Assembly (NCBI GenBank): GCA_030647195.1
Contig: JAUSKD010000003.1
Span: 28,724-92,723, forward strand
Origin: Candidatus Peribacter sp.
Lineage (GTDB): Bacteria > Patescibacteriota > Gracilibacteria > Peribacterales > Peribacteraceae
Length of the DNA stretch: 64,000 bases
Direction of reading: 5' to 3'
Position 1 is the first letter of the stretch. Each line of letters starts with the position of its first letter. A program made the position numbers and the translations under genes. Shown here piece by piece: positions 43,142-52,023 of this stretch. The notes under the pieces are model-generated. The model saw only the letters and a list, made by a program, of their open reading frames with translations, was not told the DNA's origin and searched no databases.

Positions 43142-46084
43142 TCACGCTTTCTTCGGCTTCGCCAGCATCCCGACCAGGTATTCCCCGGTGAAGCTGCCCT
43201 TGACCTTCGAAACCTCCTCGGGCGTTCCCTGCGCCACGATGAGCCCTCCGCCGTCGCCGCCTTCGGGGCCCAGATCCAGCACGTGGTCCACAGACTTGAT
43301 GACGTCCAGGTTGTGCTCGATCACGAGGACGGTGTTGCCCTTGTCCACGAGCCGCTGAAGCACGTCTAAGAGCCGGGCGATGTCGTCGAAGTGGAGCCCC
43401 GTTGTCGGCTCGTCCAGGATGTAGAACGTCCGTCCGGTCGCGCGCTTGGTGAGCTCGGTGGCCAGCTTCACGCGCTGCGCCTCTCCGCCGGAGAGTGTGG
43501 TCGCGCTCTGGCCCAGGTGCAGGTACCCGAGGCCCACGTCTTCCAGCGTCTGCAGTTTCTTCTTGATGCCGGGGATCGCCGCAAAGAATTCCAGCGCCTC
43601 GCGCACGGTCATGTCGAGCGCATCGGCAATGGTTTTTCCCTTGTAGGTGATCTCGAGTGTCTCTCGGTTGTAGCGCTGGCCCTTGCAGGTTTCGCACGTG
43701 ACAAACACATCCGGCAAAAAGTGCATCTCGATCCGCTTCATGCCGTCGCCCTCGCAATCCTCGCAGCGCCCGCCCTTCACGTTGAAGCTGAAGCGGCCGG
43801 TTTTGTACCCGCGCAATTTCGATTCGGGGAGGGCGGAGTAGACGTCGCGGATTTCGGTGAAGAGGCCGGTGTACGTGGCGGGGTTCGAGCGCGGGGTTCT
43901 GCCGATGGGGGACTGGTCGATGACGATGGCCTTGTCCAGCTCCTGCAGGCCCTCGATCGTCTGTACGTTCTGCGGGCGCGACTTTGCGCCGTTGAGCACG
44001 CGCTGCAGTTCCGGCGCGAGGATGCCGTGGATGAGGCTCGACTTGCCCGAACCCGAAATCCCCGTGATGCCGATGAAGGTCCCGAGCGGAAGCGTGACCG
44101 AGATGTGCTGCAGGTTGTGATGGTGGGCATCGACGATGCGAAGCTGTTTGCCCGATCCCTTGCGCCGCTTCGCCGGAGTCGGGATGGATTTCCTTCCGCT
44201 CAGGTACTGGCCGGTCACGGACTTGGGATTCTTCACGATCTCTTCGGGCGATCCTCCGGCAATGATCTCGCCGCCGTACTTGCCGGCACCGGGTCCGATC
44301 TCGAGCAGGTAGTCCGCGGCGCGCATGGTTTCCTCATCATGTTCCACGACGATGACGGTGTTGCCCAGATCCCGGAGCTTCGTGAGGGTCGCGATCAGCC
44401 GGGCGTTGTCGCGCTGGTGGAGCCCGATGCTCGGCTCGTCGAGCACGTACAGCACTCCCTGCAGGGCGGAGCCGATCTGCGTCGCCAGCCGGATGCGCTG
44501 CGCCTCGCCGCCCGACAGCGTGGCCGCCGAGCGGGAGAGCGTTAAGTAGGTGAGACCGACGTTCTCGAGGAACGAGAGGCGCGCGATGACCTCTTTGAGC
44601 ACTTTGCTGACGACGGCGTATTCGTAGGGGGAGAGCCGTGAGCCGGTAGTACTGCTCTCATCACGTTCCTCTTTTGGTTGCTTTCTGCCTTCCGCTTTCT
44701 GCCTTCCGCTTTCAGGCATCAGTTCCTCGAAGAACGCTTTGGCTGCGCTGATGCTCATGTCCGTGGCATCGACGATATTTTTGTTCCCCACGGTCACGCC
44801 GAGGATCTCTTTCTTCAGTCTCCTTCCGCTACAGCTGGGGCAGGGAAGTTCCAACATGTACTCCTCGATCTGCTGCCGCACGTAGCTCGAGTCCGTTTCG
44901 CGGTGCCGACGCTCGAGGTTGGGGATCACGCCCTCGAAGGTCGTTTCGTAATTGCCGTCGAATTTCTCGCTTTCGAACGTGACGGCCAGTTTCTCCGGTG
45001 AGCCGTGGAGAATCGCATCGCGGTGTTCGGGGGCCAGTTTCTCCCACGGCGTATCCATGTCGAATCCCAGTCGCTCGGCCAGCGCTTCGAGCAGGCGCGT
45101 GGTGAAACCCATGCGCGAGACACTGGTGGCCCACGGGTGGATGACCCCTTCGGAGAGACTGAGGCGGGGATTGGGGATGATCGCGGCTTCGTCCACCTGC
45201 TGGATGGCGCCGAGACCGTGGCAGACCTCGCAGGCGCCGTGCGGCGAGTTGAATGAAAAGTTGCGCGGTTCCAGTTGCGCCACGGCTTCGTTGGGATGGT
45301 CCGGACAGGCAAAGCGTTCCGAGAAGCGCGTTGCTTTGTTGGTGTCGGCATCCAGCACGATGAGCGAGCCTTCTCCTTTCTTGATCGCCAGCTCCACCGA
45401 GTCCGCCAGGCGGGAGCGGTTGGGGTTCACTTCCCCTTCCTTCGTCTTGAGGTCGCGCACGATCAGGCGGTCCACGATGATTTCGATGGTGTGGGTCTTC
45501 TTCGGATCCAGGTCCGTTTCTTCATCCGTCGTGACGATCTGGCCGTCCACGCGCATGCGCACGAATCCCTCGCGGCGGACACTGTCGAGCACTTTGACGT
45601 GCGATCCCTTGCGCCCCTCGATCAGGGGGGCGAGCAGAAACACCTTCGTCCCCTCGGGCATCGCGGCGATCGTCTCGATGATCTGCGTGGAGGATTGCTG
45701 GCTCAGTTCGCGGCGGCAGACCGTGCAGTGCACGTGGCCCGCCTTGCTCCACAGCAGCCTCATGTAGTCGTAGATTTCCGTCACGGTGCCCACGGTGGAG
45801 CGGGGATTTCTGGCGGCTGTTTTCTGGTCAATGGAGATGGCTGGTGACAGTCCGTCGATCGATTCCACGTCGGGCTTCTCCATCTGCGCGATGAACTGGC
45901 GGGCGTAGGCGGACAGGCTTTCGACGTACCGGCGCTGCCCTTCCGCAAAGATCGTGTCGAAGGCGAGGGACGATTTGCCCGAACCCGACAACCCCGTGAT
46001 GACGGTCAGCTTGTTCCTCGGGATCGTCACATCCACATTCTTCAGGTTGTGCATTTTGGCGCCTTTGACGACGATTGCATCCAT
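43142..46084 (-). CDS. uvrA: Excinuclease ABC subunit A
   Basis: GLSGSGKSSLAFDTIFAEGQRRYVESLSAYARQF, two ABC signatures LSGGEAQRIRLA and LSGGEAQRVKLA, and zinc-finger cysteines. Start trimmed to MDAIVVKGAK (46084). Confidence 0.95.
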   Translation of the reverse strand: MDAIVVKGAKMHNLKNVDVTIPRNKLTVITGLSGSGKSSLAFDTIFAEGQRRYVESLSAYARQFIAQMEKPDVESIDGLSPAISIDQKTAARNPRSTVGTVTEIYDYMRLLWSKAGHVHCTVCRRELSQQSSTQIIETIAAMPEGTKVFLLAPLIEGRKGSHVKVLDSVRREGFVRMRVDGQIVTTDEETDLDPKKTHTIEIIVDRLIVRDLKTKEGEVNPNRSRLADSVELAIKKGEGSLIVLDADTNKATRFSERFACPDHPNEAVAQLEPRNFSFNSPHGACEVCHGLGAIQQVDEAAIIPNPRLSLSEGVIHPWATSVSRMGFTTRLLEALAERLGFDMDTPWEKLAPEHRDAILHGSPEKLAVTFESEKFDGNYETTFEGVIPNLERRHRETDSSYVRQQIEEYMLELPCPSCSGRRLKKEILGVTVGNKNIVDATDMSISAAKAFFEELMPESGRQKAEGRKQPKEERDESSTTGSRLSPYEYAVVSKVLKEVIARLSFLENVGLTYLTLSRSAATLSGGEAQRIRLATQIGSALQGVLYVLDEPSIGLHQRDNARLIATLTKLRDLGNTVIVVEHDEETMRAADYLLEIGPGAGKYGGEIIAGGSPEEIVKNPKSVTGQYLSGRKSIPTPAKRRKGSGKQLRIVDAHHHNLQHISVTLPLGTFIGITGISGSGKSSLIHGILAPELQRVLNGAKSRPQNVQTIEGLQELDKAIVIDQSPIGRTPRSNPATYTGLFTEIRDVYSALPESKLRGYKTGRFSFNVKGGRCEDCEGDGMKRIEMHFLPDVFVTCETCKGQRYNRETLEITYKGKTIADALDMTVREALEFFAAIPGIKKKLQTLEDVGLGYLHLGQSATTLSGGEAQRVKLATELTKRATGRTFYILDEPTTGLHFDDIARLLDVLQRLVDKGNTVLVIEHNLDVIKSVDHVLDLGPEGGDGGGLIVAQGTPEEVSKVKGSFTGEYLVGMLAKPKKA

Positions 46085-46121
46085 AAGGTGGAAGGGGAAT
46101 ACCCCTCGACTTCGCTCGGGG

Positions 46122-46145
46122 TTGTTTTGTGATATCACAAAACAA
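46122..46145. promoter_or_regulatory. Perfect 24-bp palindrome (candidate operator) between divergent uvrA and ribE
   Basis: TTGTTTTGTGAT|ATCACAAAACAA. Read from the minus strand, it follows a GC hairpin (GCGCCG/CGGCGC, 46150-46166). Confidence 0.4.
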
Positions 46146-46241
46146 AAAACGCGCCGACGCGCGGCGCTGAGAGCCCAGCGTAGCAAAAATATGGAGTCCT
46201 GTCTAGGGTCTGGGCCCGGAATGGAATAGAATGCCCTCCTC

Positions 46242-46811
46242 ATGTTCACCGGGATCATCGAAGCAACGGCAAAGGTCATAGCGCAGGGGAGCAGCAGGCT
46301 CACGCTCGAGCGGCCGGGCGCATTCGATGATGTGAAGCTGGGGTCGAGCATTTCTGTTTCTGGCGTGTGTCTGACGGTGGCGGCAATGGATGCGCGCTCA
46401 CTCACGTTCGACGTGATGCCGGAAACGGTTCGAATAACAACGATTGGCGATTGGACGATTGGCGATTTGGTGAATCTGGAGAGGGCGCTCCCCGCACACG
46501 GCCGTTTCGAAGGTCACGTCGTTCAGGGGCATGCCGAAGCAACAGGAGAAGTGACCGGATTAGAAAAACGCGGAAGCGATGTGCGCCTGACGGTCCGCGT
46601 TCCTGCAGAGATGAAGCGCGTCATCGTTCCCAAAGGTTCGATCTGTCTCGACGGCGTTTCGCTCACCGTCGCCGATGCGGCGAACGATTTCTGCACCGTC
46701 GCGCTCATCCCGATGACGCTGCAATCAACGACGCTCGGCACAAAGCGGATGGGCGATCGCGTGAATATCGAAACGGACATTCTCGTCCGCACGCTCCTCG
46801 CATCCCGCTAA
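46242..46811 (+). CDS. ribE: Riboflavin synthase
   Basis: MFTGIIEATAKV N-terminus with a two-repeat structure, 189 aa. TAGAAT at 46227-46232 lies 9 nt before the ATG. Confidence 0.9.
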   Translation: MFTGIIEATAKVIAQGSSRLTLERPGAFDDVKLGSSISVSGVCLTVAAMDARSLTFDVMPETVRITTIGDWTIGDLVNLERALPAHGRFEGHVVQGHAEATGEVTGLEKRGSDVRLTVRVPAEMKRVIVPKGSICLDGVSLTVADAANDFCTVALIPMTLQSTTLGTKRMGDRVNIETDILVRTLLASR

Positions 46812-46820
46812 CATAGTCCC

Positions 46821-47285
46821 ATGCAGACGGATCAGCCTCTCCCCCTGCCGGCGCGCATCTCCTCGGGCTCCCGGATCGGCATCGTCCACTCCCGGTACCA
46901 TCCCGAAATTGTTGCGAAGCTGATTGAAGGAGCACAAAAGGTTTTTCAGGAAGCGGGGATCGCGCAGGGGAATGTACGCACGTACGCTGCGCCGGGGTCT
47001 TTCGAAATTCCGCTGATCGGCTCCGCGCTCATCGCCGCGAAAGAAGTAGATGCCCTCATCGCGCTCGGGGTGATCGTCGAAGGCGAGACACACCATGCCG
47101 CTCTCATCGCGGGCGAGGCGGCGCGCGCGATCATGGATCTGCAGGTCCGGCACAGGATTCCGTTTGCGTTCGAGATCCTGTACGTGCGGAATCTTGCGCA
47201 GGCCCAGGCGCGAACGAACCGTGGGGAAGAGGCGGCCCGGGCGGTTCTGCATGCGCTCGCGCAACTTTCGCCCCTGCATCCCTGA
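46821..47285 (+). CDS. ribH: 6,7-dimethyl-8-ribityllumazine synthase
   Basis: RIGIVHSRYHPEI...GSFEIPL...VIVEGETHH pattern, 154 aa. Confidence 0.9.
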   Translation: MQTDQPLPLPARISSGSRIGIVHSRYHPEIVAKLIEGAQKVFQEAGIAQGNVRTYAAPGSFEIPLIGSALIAAKEVDALIALGVIVEGETHHAALIAGEAARAIMDLQVRHRIPFAFEILYVRNLAQAQARTNRGEEAARAVLHALAQLSPLHP

Positions 47286-47439
47286 GGAGGTTGCGGGCAC
47301 CGCGGAGTGCACTCTGCGGAGAGCGATGACATGCATGTGCGTTGTTGAAATGTGTAGCGCAGAGGGCACGAAGTGGTGTGGCATCTTGTAGAAGGCGGCA
47401 AAAACCCTGTAGGATTGCAAATAATCTCCTCATCCCACT

Positions 47440-48810
47440 ATGCATTCCTCCCTGCGCATCTCTCTCTGCTCCTCCGGAGCGATACTCGCCCTGCTCGCGA
47501 CCGGCGTTGCGGCGGAAGCGATTTTCCCCGATGTTCCCGTGGGGCACCTCTTCGAACAACCGATCAACGCACTGGTGAATGCGGGAGTGCTGACCGGGAA
47601 TCCCGATGGCAGGTTTTACCCCGATCGCCAGGTGAACCGCGCCGAGATGCTCAAGATGCTCTACAAAGCCACGGGCAAAGTGCCGGATGCCACCAGTCGT
47701 GCGTGCTTCTCGGACGTGGAGCGCCTGAGCTGGTACGAGTCCTTCGTGTGCGATGCGGCGGCGCATCACTACGTCGAGGGGTACTCCGACGGAACGTTCC
47801 GTCCCAGCAATTCCGTGAACCGGGTCGAGTCGCTGAAGATGATCACGCAGGTGATCGGCATTCCGGTCGAGAACATCGGCGAAGAGGCGCTGCAGGTCGT
47901 GAAGTTCGTGGATGTCTCGACATCCGCGTGGTACACGAAGTACCTGTATGCGGCGTACGTGAAGGGGATTCTGCCCATCGCCGGGCAGGATGCTGCACGC
48001 TTCAATCCCGATTGGCCGCTCCTGCGCGGAGAGGCTGCCGCCATGATCCATAACGCGCTCAATGCCGATCTTGTGGAACGCAGGCAGGGGAGCAGCGTGT
48101 CTTCGGCCGCGTCCGCCCGGAGCAGCTCGGCAGCGACGGTGCGCACATCCTCTTCCTCCTCATCTTCCAGCGACGCTTCCAGCTACGACGTGCCGTTTCC
48201 CTTCGAATCCGCCGGTAAGTTCACCATGAAAAAGTCCGTCACGTACCGGTTCACGCTCGATCACGCCGCAGTCGTTTCGACGGTGGCCAAATTGCAGTCG
48301 GGGCAGCCGGGCGGCATTTCGTGCCGGCTCTACCTGATGGCGGAATCCGGATTTTCGTTCGAGTACTTCATGGGCTTTCAGGAGGGATCCACCTGCACGC
48401 TGAAGACCGCGCTCAAACCCGGCAGCTACCAGCTCCAACTTGCTCCCACCAGCGCCGATACCACGTTCAGCGTGAAGGCGGAAACAACGACAACTGGTGA
48501 CGGAAACGACGGGTTCGGCGAGGTGCAGACCCTGCCGACGAATCTGGCCCGCACGGGAACACTGGCCCCCGGTGACTATCAGGACTGGTTCAAATTCACG
48601 GTGTCCGCAATGCAGACCCTGACGCTTTCGGTCACGGACTCCACGCAGCTGACGTGCCTGATTTATCCCATGGAAGACGTGGATCTGTACGGCTTCTCGG
48701 GTCCGGCCTGCGGTCAGCGCTACGAATACCAGCCCGGCACGTACGTCATCGCCGTGGGACGGATGTTCCCCTCTGACGCGCGGCAGACGTACACCATCTT
48801 GGCCCAATAA
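47440..48810 (+). CDS. Secreted protein with three SLH repeats and a C-terminal PPC (pre-peptidase C-terminal)-like domain
   Basis: Signal peptide; FPDVPVGHLFEQPINALVNAGVLTG..DGRFYPDRQVNRAEMLKML; C-terminal GDYQDWFKFTV. Confidence 0.65.
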   Translation: MHSSLRISLCSSGAILALLATGVAAEAIFPDVPVGHLFEQPINALVNAGVLTGNPDGRFYPDRQVNRAEMLKMLYKATGKVPDATSRACFSDVERLSWYESFVCDAAAHHYVEGYSDGTFRPSNSVNRVESLKMITQVIGIPVENIGEEALQVVKFVDVSTSAWYTKYLYAAYVKGILPIAGQDAARFNPDWPLLRGEAAAMIHNALNADLVERRQGSSVSSAASARSSSAATVRTSSSSSSSSDASSYDVPFPFESAGKFTMKKSVTYRFTLDHAAVVSTVAKLQSGQPGGISCRLYLMAESGFSFEYFMGFQEGSTCTLKTALKPGSYQLQLAPTSADTTFSVKAETTTTGDGNDGFGEVQTLPTNLARTGTLAPGDYQDWFKFTVSAMQTLTLSVTDSTQLTCLIYPMEDVDLYGFSGPACGQRYEYQPGTYVIAVGRMFPSDARQTYTILAQ

Positions 48811-48886
48811 TGGCCGGATGGATCGGCTGCATTTCTGCCCTTCTGTAGGGAATCGGGAAATAGGGTGTAGGGCTTGGGATTTTTTC

Positions 48887-49375
48887 TTAGCGTGACGGCA
48901 CGCGGAGGATGCGCGGCGTGTGATGTGTCGCCTCGAGGAACCGGACGATTCCTTCGTGTGGGATCACGAGAGTGGCCGTGTTCACGAGCGGGTGGCACTG
49001 CAGGGCTTCGGCGTTTGCGATCGCCTCATCCAGAACGACCTCCACCGCTCCCTCTGTGTCGTTCACGATGCCGAGCAGCGTCACGGCTCCCGGTTCCACT
49101 CCCAGTAGGGACGCAAGTCTCTCGGGCGATGCGAAGCTGAGTTTATCCACTTCCAGCAGATCTTTGAGCCCTTTCAGATCCGCGGCAGTGTCGTATCCGA
49201 CCACGACGAGGAAGTTTCGTGTTCCCTTCCTATCCCTGAGGAGGAGGTTTTTCGTGGATGTTCCGGGCATGTGCGGGCACAGCCGCTCCGCTTCCTCACA
49301 GGTGAAGACGGCGGGATGGTCGAATTTCTCGAAGGGAATGCCGTGTTCCGTGAGAAAGGCGAAGATATCGGGCAT
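48887..49375 (-). CDS. YbaK/ProX-type aminoacyl-tRNA deacylase
   Basis: [15 protein letters not shown]...[16 protein letters not shown] pattern. Start placed at MPDIFAFL; an upstream ATG at 49408 would overlap the ribBA ATG. Confidence 0.65.
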   Translation of the reverse strand: MPDIFAFLTEHGIPFEKFDHPAVFTCEEAERLCPHMPGTSTKNLLLRDRKGTRNFLVVVGYDTAADLKGLKDLLEVDKLSFASPERLASLLGVEPGAVTLLGIVNDTEGAVEVVLDEAIANAEALQCHPLVNTATLVIPHEGIVRFLEATHHTPRILRVPSR

Positions 49376-49392
49376 CACGGGGATTCTACTTG

Positions 49393-49398
49393 TATACT
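49393..49398 (+). promoter_or_regulatory. -10-like box TATACT, 8 nt upstream of the ribBA ATG
   Basis: Seen in sequence; no Shine-Dalgarno. Confidence 0.3.
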
Positions 49399-49406
49399 GG
49401 CCACTC

Positions 49407-50642
49407 ATGCCACCCTTCGACTCCGCTCAGGGTAAACCCTTCGCTTCCGTTCCGCAGGCACTCGAGGCCTTGAAAGCCGGGCACATGCTGATCGTCGTGG
49501 ATGACGAGGCGCGTGAGAACGAGGGGGATCTGGTCCTGGCGGCCGGGCACATCACCGAAGAGAAAATGGCGTTCATCATCCGGCACACCGGTGGCGTCGT
49601 GTGCCTCGCGCTCAGTAACGGGATCGCGGACCAGCTGAAGCTCCCGCCGATGGTTCAGGAGAACACGTCCAAACGGCAAACACCTTTCACCGTGAGCATC
49701 GAGGCGGCGGAAGGAGTGGATACCGGCATCTCGGCGCATGATCGCGCACGCACCGTGCTCGCGGCCATCGATCCCAATGCCACGCCGGGGGATCTGATGC
49801 GGCCGGGCCACGTGTTTCCCCTGCGTGCGCAGGACGGCGGCGTGCTCGTACGTGCCGGACACACCGAAGCGGCCGTCGATCTCGCACGCCTCGCGGGGCT
49901 GCGCGATGCATCCGTGATCAGCGAGCTGATGCATGACGACGGCACGATGATGCGCCTTCCGGCCCTGCAGGATTTTGCGGCCAAACACGGGCTGCTCATA
50001 CTCCGGATCGCCGACCTCATCGCGTACCGGCACCAGACGGAGATGCTGGTGCGCCGCGAGGCGGAGGCAGCGCTGCAGACTGCGACAGGTGAGTGGACCA
50101 TCCGCGTGTATCGCGATCTGCTTCACAACAGGGAGCATGTGGCGTTGACGAAGGGGATTGTCCGCGGCGCGTCACCCGTGCTCGTGCGCGTGCATTCCGA
50201 GTGCTTCACGGGCGATACCCTCGGATCGCTGCGGTGTGATTGCGGACACCAGCTGCAGGCCGCCATGCGGATGATCCAGCAGGAAGATCGCGGCGTGCTG
50301 CTCTATCTCAAACAGGAAGGCCGCGGCATCGGGCTCATCAATAAAATCCGTGCCTACGCGCTGCAGCAGGAGCAGGGGCTCGATACGGTCGAGGCCAATG
50401 AGCGTCTCGGTTTTGCCGCGGATCTGCGTGAGTACGGCATCGGCGCGCAAATTTTAAAAGATCTCGGCGTGAATGAAATTCGTCTGCTCACCAATAATCC
50501 GCGCAAGGTCATCGGTCTCGAAGGTTACGGACTTTCCATCGTGGAGCGCGTGCCGATCGAGCTCATACAAGCCACAACCGACCAGCGTGCGTACCTCGAA
50601 ACGAAGAGGGAAAAACTGGGACACACGATCCGCGCCGTGTAA
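49407..50642 (+). CDS. ribBA: Bifunctional DHBP synthase / GTP cyclohydrolase II
   Basis: [17 protein letters not shown] and [11 protein letters not shown] (RibB half); [15 protein letters not shown] and [12 protein letters not shown] (RibA half). Start trimmed to 49407. Confidence 0.9.
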   Translation: MPPFDSAQGKPFASVPQALEALKAGHMLIVVDDEARENEGDLVLAAGHITEEKMAFIIRHTGGVVCLALSNGIADQLKLPPMVQENTSKRQTPFTVSIEAAEGVDTGISAHDRARTVLAAIDPNATPGDLMRPGHVFPLRAQDGGVLVRAGHTEAAVDLARLAGLRDASVISELMHDDGTMMRLPALQDFAAKHGLLILRIADLIAYRHQTEMLVRREAEAALQTATGEWTIRVYRDLLHNREHVALTKGIVRGASPVLVRVHSECFTGDTLGSLRCDCGHQLQAAMRMIQQEDRGVLLYLKQEGRGIGLINKIRAYALQQEQGLDTVEANERLGFAADLREYGIGAQILKDLGVNEIRLLTNNPRKVIGLEGYGLSIVERVPIELIQATTDQRAYLETKREKLGHTIRAV

Positions 50643-50878
50643 TTTTTCATTTTTGTGCGTGTTTGATGATGGCACATTTCGTCGAATGCGCCGCAGAAAG
50701 AATTTCCCTTCGGGGGAATTCTGCATAGAGTATGAGGATACGTTTTAGTTTTTTCCCCCAGTGATCATGGTAAAGAAGAAGAAAGCCAGGAAGACCAAGA
50801 AGCGAAAGGCAACGAAGAAGAAGCGCCGATAGTCGCCCTGTGGTTCTGGTGTACGCCCTGCATGCGCGGGGCGTATTT

Positions 50879-51271
50879 TTATGCGGCGAGTTGCTGCGGG
50901 GTTTCTTGTTTCTTTGCAAAGGTGAGCGGCGGGAACTTGCTGTCGAACTTGAAGAGCTCGAGCGCGTCTTTCGTTCGCAGCATGACGTCACCCCGTTCCT
51001 TCTTCCAGCTGTCGAGCATCGGCAGGGGGAGCGGCAGCATCTTGATGGCGCTCCACGTCAGGCGGAGTGTTCCCTTGAGCAGTCCTGCGACCGTGTCACG
51101 AATGATGCGTGGTCCCAACGCGACGGTATCCCAGAGTCCGCGCTTGACGCTCTCTTTCATTTTGGGGAGGGGATTCTCTCCCACCAGCATCTCGACACCT
51201 GCCTTCGCGAAGTCGACGGGCACCTCTGCCACGCTCTGTGCAGAGCGCCCGATGTTATCGAGGACGGCCAT
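50879..51271 (-). CDS. Hypothetical protein (130 aa)
   Basis: ORF. Start placed at MAVLDNIG, 6 nt downstream of a minus-strand TATAAT (plus 51278-51283). Confidence 0.35.
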   Translation of the reverse strand: MAVLDNIGRSAQSVAEVPVDFAKAGVEMLVGENPLPKMKESVKRGLWDTVALGPRIIRDTVAGLLKGTLRLTWSAIKMLPLPLPMLDSWKKERGDVMLRTKDALELFKFDSKFPPLTFAKKQETPQQLAA

Positions 51272-51289
51272 ATAGATATTATACAACAT

Positions 51290-51308
51290 TATTGGATATT
51301 ATCCAATA
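51290..51308. promoter_or_regulatory. 19-bp palindrome (candidate operator) just upstream of the promoter of 50879-51271
   Basis: TATTGGATA-T-TATCCAATA. Confidence 0.35.
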
Positions 51309-51418
51309 GAGAGTTCTCTGTGACGTGACATGGTACCCCCGGCCCATGCTTCGCTCGGCTTCGCAGGGCCTCACTGGAAGCTGCAATTGTTGTTGAGGTT
51401 TGCGTACGGTGTGAGAGA

Positions 51419-51495
51419 TGGTGCCCCCGGCAGGATTTAAACCCACGGCCTCCTGGTTCGAAGCCAGGCGCTCTATTCAGCTGAGCTACGGGGGC
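51419..51495 (-). tRNA. tRNA-Arg(UCG)
   Basis: GCCCCCG TA GCTC AGCTGAATA GAGC G CCTGG CTTCGAA CCAGG AGGCC GTGGG TTTAAAT CCTGC CGGGGGC A CCA. All stems pair; the T stem has two G-U pairs. Confidence 0.85.
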
Positions 51496-51599
51496 ACGGG
51501 TGACAGTATAGCTCCCCGGGACCATCGCGCAGCGATTTTTTTGTTGGACGCCCCGCAAGCGTGGCTAGGTCAGCTGAGCTCTGTGGGCACGGGAGGTAG

Positions 51600-51605
51600 T
51601 ATACT
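51600..51605 (+). promoter_or_regulatory. -10-like box TATACT, 6 nt upstream of ATG 51612
   Basis: Seen in sequence. Confidence 0.3.
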
Positions 51606-51611
51606 GCAATC

Positions 51612-52022
51612 ATGGGTACTCGCGATGACGAAGATGTGTGGGTGAGCAGTTCAAAGCAGGAGCGCTTCACGCGGGCCGATCCGCGCAAAGATGCCCTCAA
51701 GCGCGACATCGAAAGCACGCAGGGCAAGAGCATTCTCGATAAGGACGCCAACAAATTAAAAGAGCTCAAGACGAAGGTGAATTTGAGTGAGCTCCAGTCG
51801 CAGATGGCGGGCAAGCAGGATGAAGAGTCGAAACGTGCGGCGCGCGAAGAGGCGGACCAAAAATCAAAACCCTTCCATACCGAGACGATCAAAGAGAAAG
51901 AGGAAGGAGCGGTGGAGACGGCCAAGACCAAGCCGACATCGGAGAAGCTCATCAAGAAGGAGGAAACGAAGCGCGAGGAGCAGGCGCAGGCGGGACAGGA
52001 GTATCAGCAACAGGTTGGGTGA
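51612..52022 (+). CDS. Hypothetical K/E-rich protein
   Basis: ORF only. Confidence 0.35.
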   Translation: MGTRDDEDVWVSSSKQERFTRADPRKDALKRDIESTQGKSILDKDANKLKELKTKVNLSELQSQMAGKQDEESKRAAREEADQKSKPFHTETIKEKEEGAVETAKTKPTSEKLIKKEETKREEQAQAGQEYQQQVG

Positions 52023-52023
52023 G

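Noticed and set aside
46085-46241. Possible FMN riboswitch upstream of ribE
   Set aside because: The conserved RFN blocks, as I remember them, are absent and the leader is too short once the uvrA promoter, palindrome and -10 box are accounted for.
46085-46405. 107-codon N-terminal extension of uvrA in the ORF track
   Set aside because: Conserved UvrA sequence begins at MDAIVVKGAK (46084). The extension overlaps the ribE start and the palindromic intergenic region.
46441-46470. CGATTGG CGATTGG ACGATTGG CGATTTGG tandem repeat inside ribE, resembling the GATTT arrays
   Set aside because: It encodes the conserved riboflavin-synthase segment ITTIGDWTIGDLVNLE (compare E. coli ITNLGDLKVGDWVNVE), so the periodicity is explained by protein sequence.
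48972-49406. 145-codon N-terminal extension of ribBA
   Set aside because: It is antisense to the YbaK-like gene. RibB homology starts right after the ATG at 49407, which has its own -10 box.
49406-49409. Overlapping divergent start codons (CATG) of the ybaK-like gene and ribBA
   Set aside because: More likely an artefact of choosing the longest ORF. The downstream Met (49375, MPDIFAFL) fits the family N-terminus and leaves a 31-nt promoter-containing spacer.
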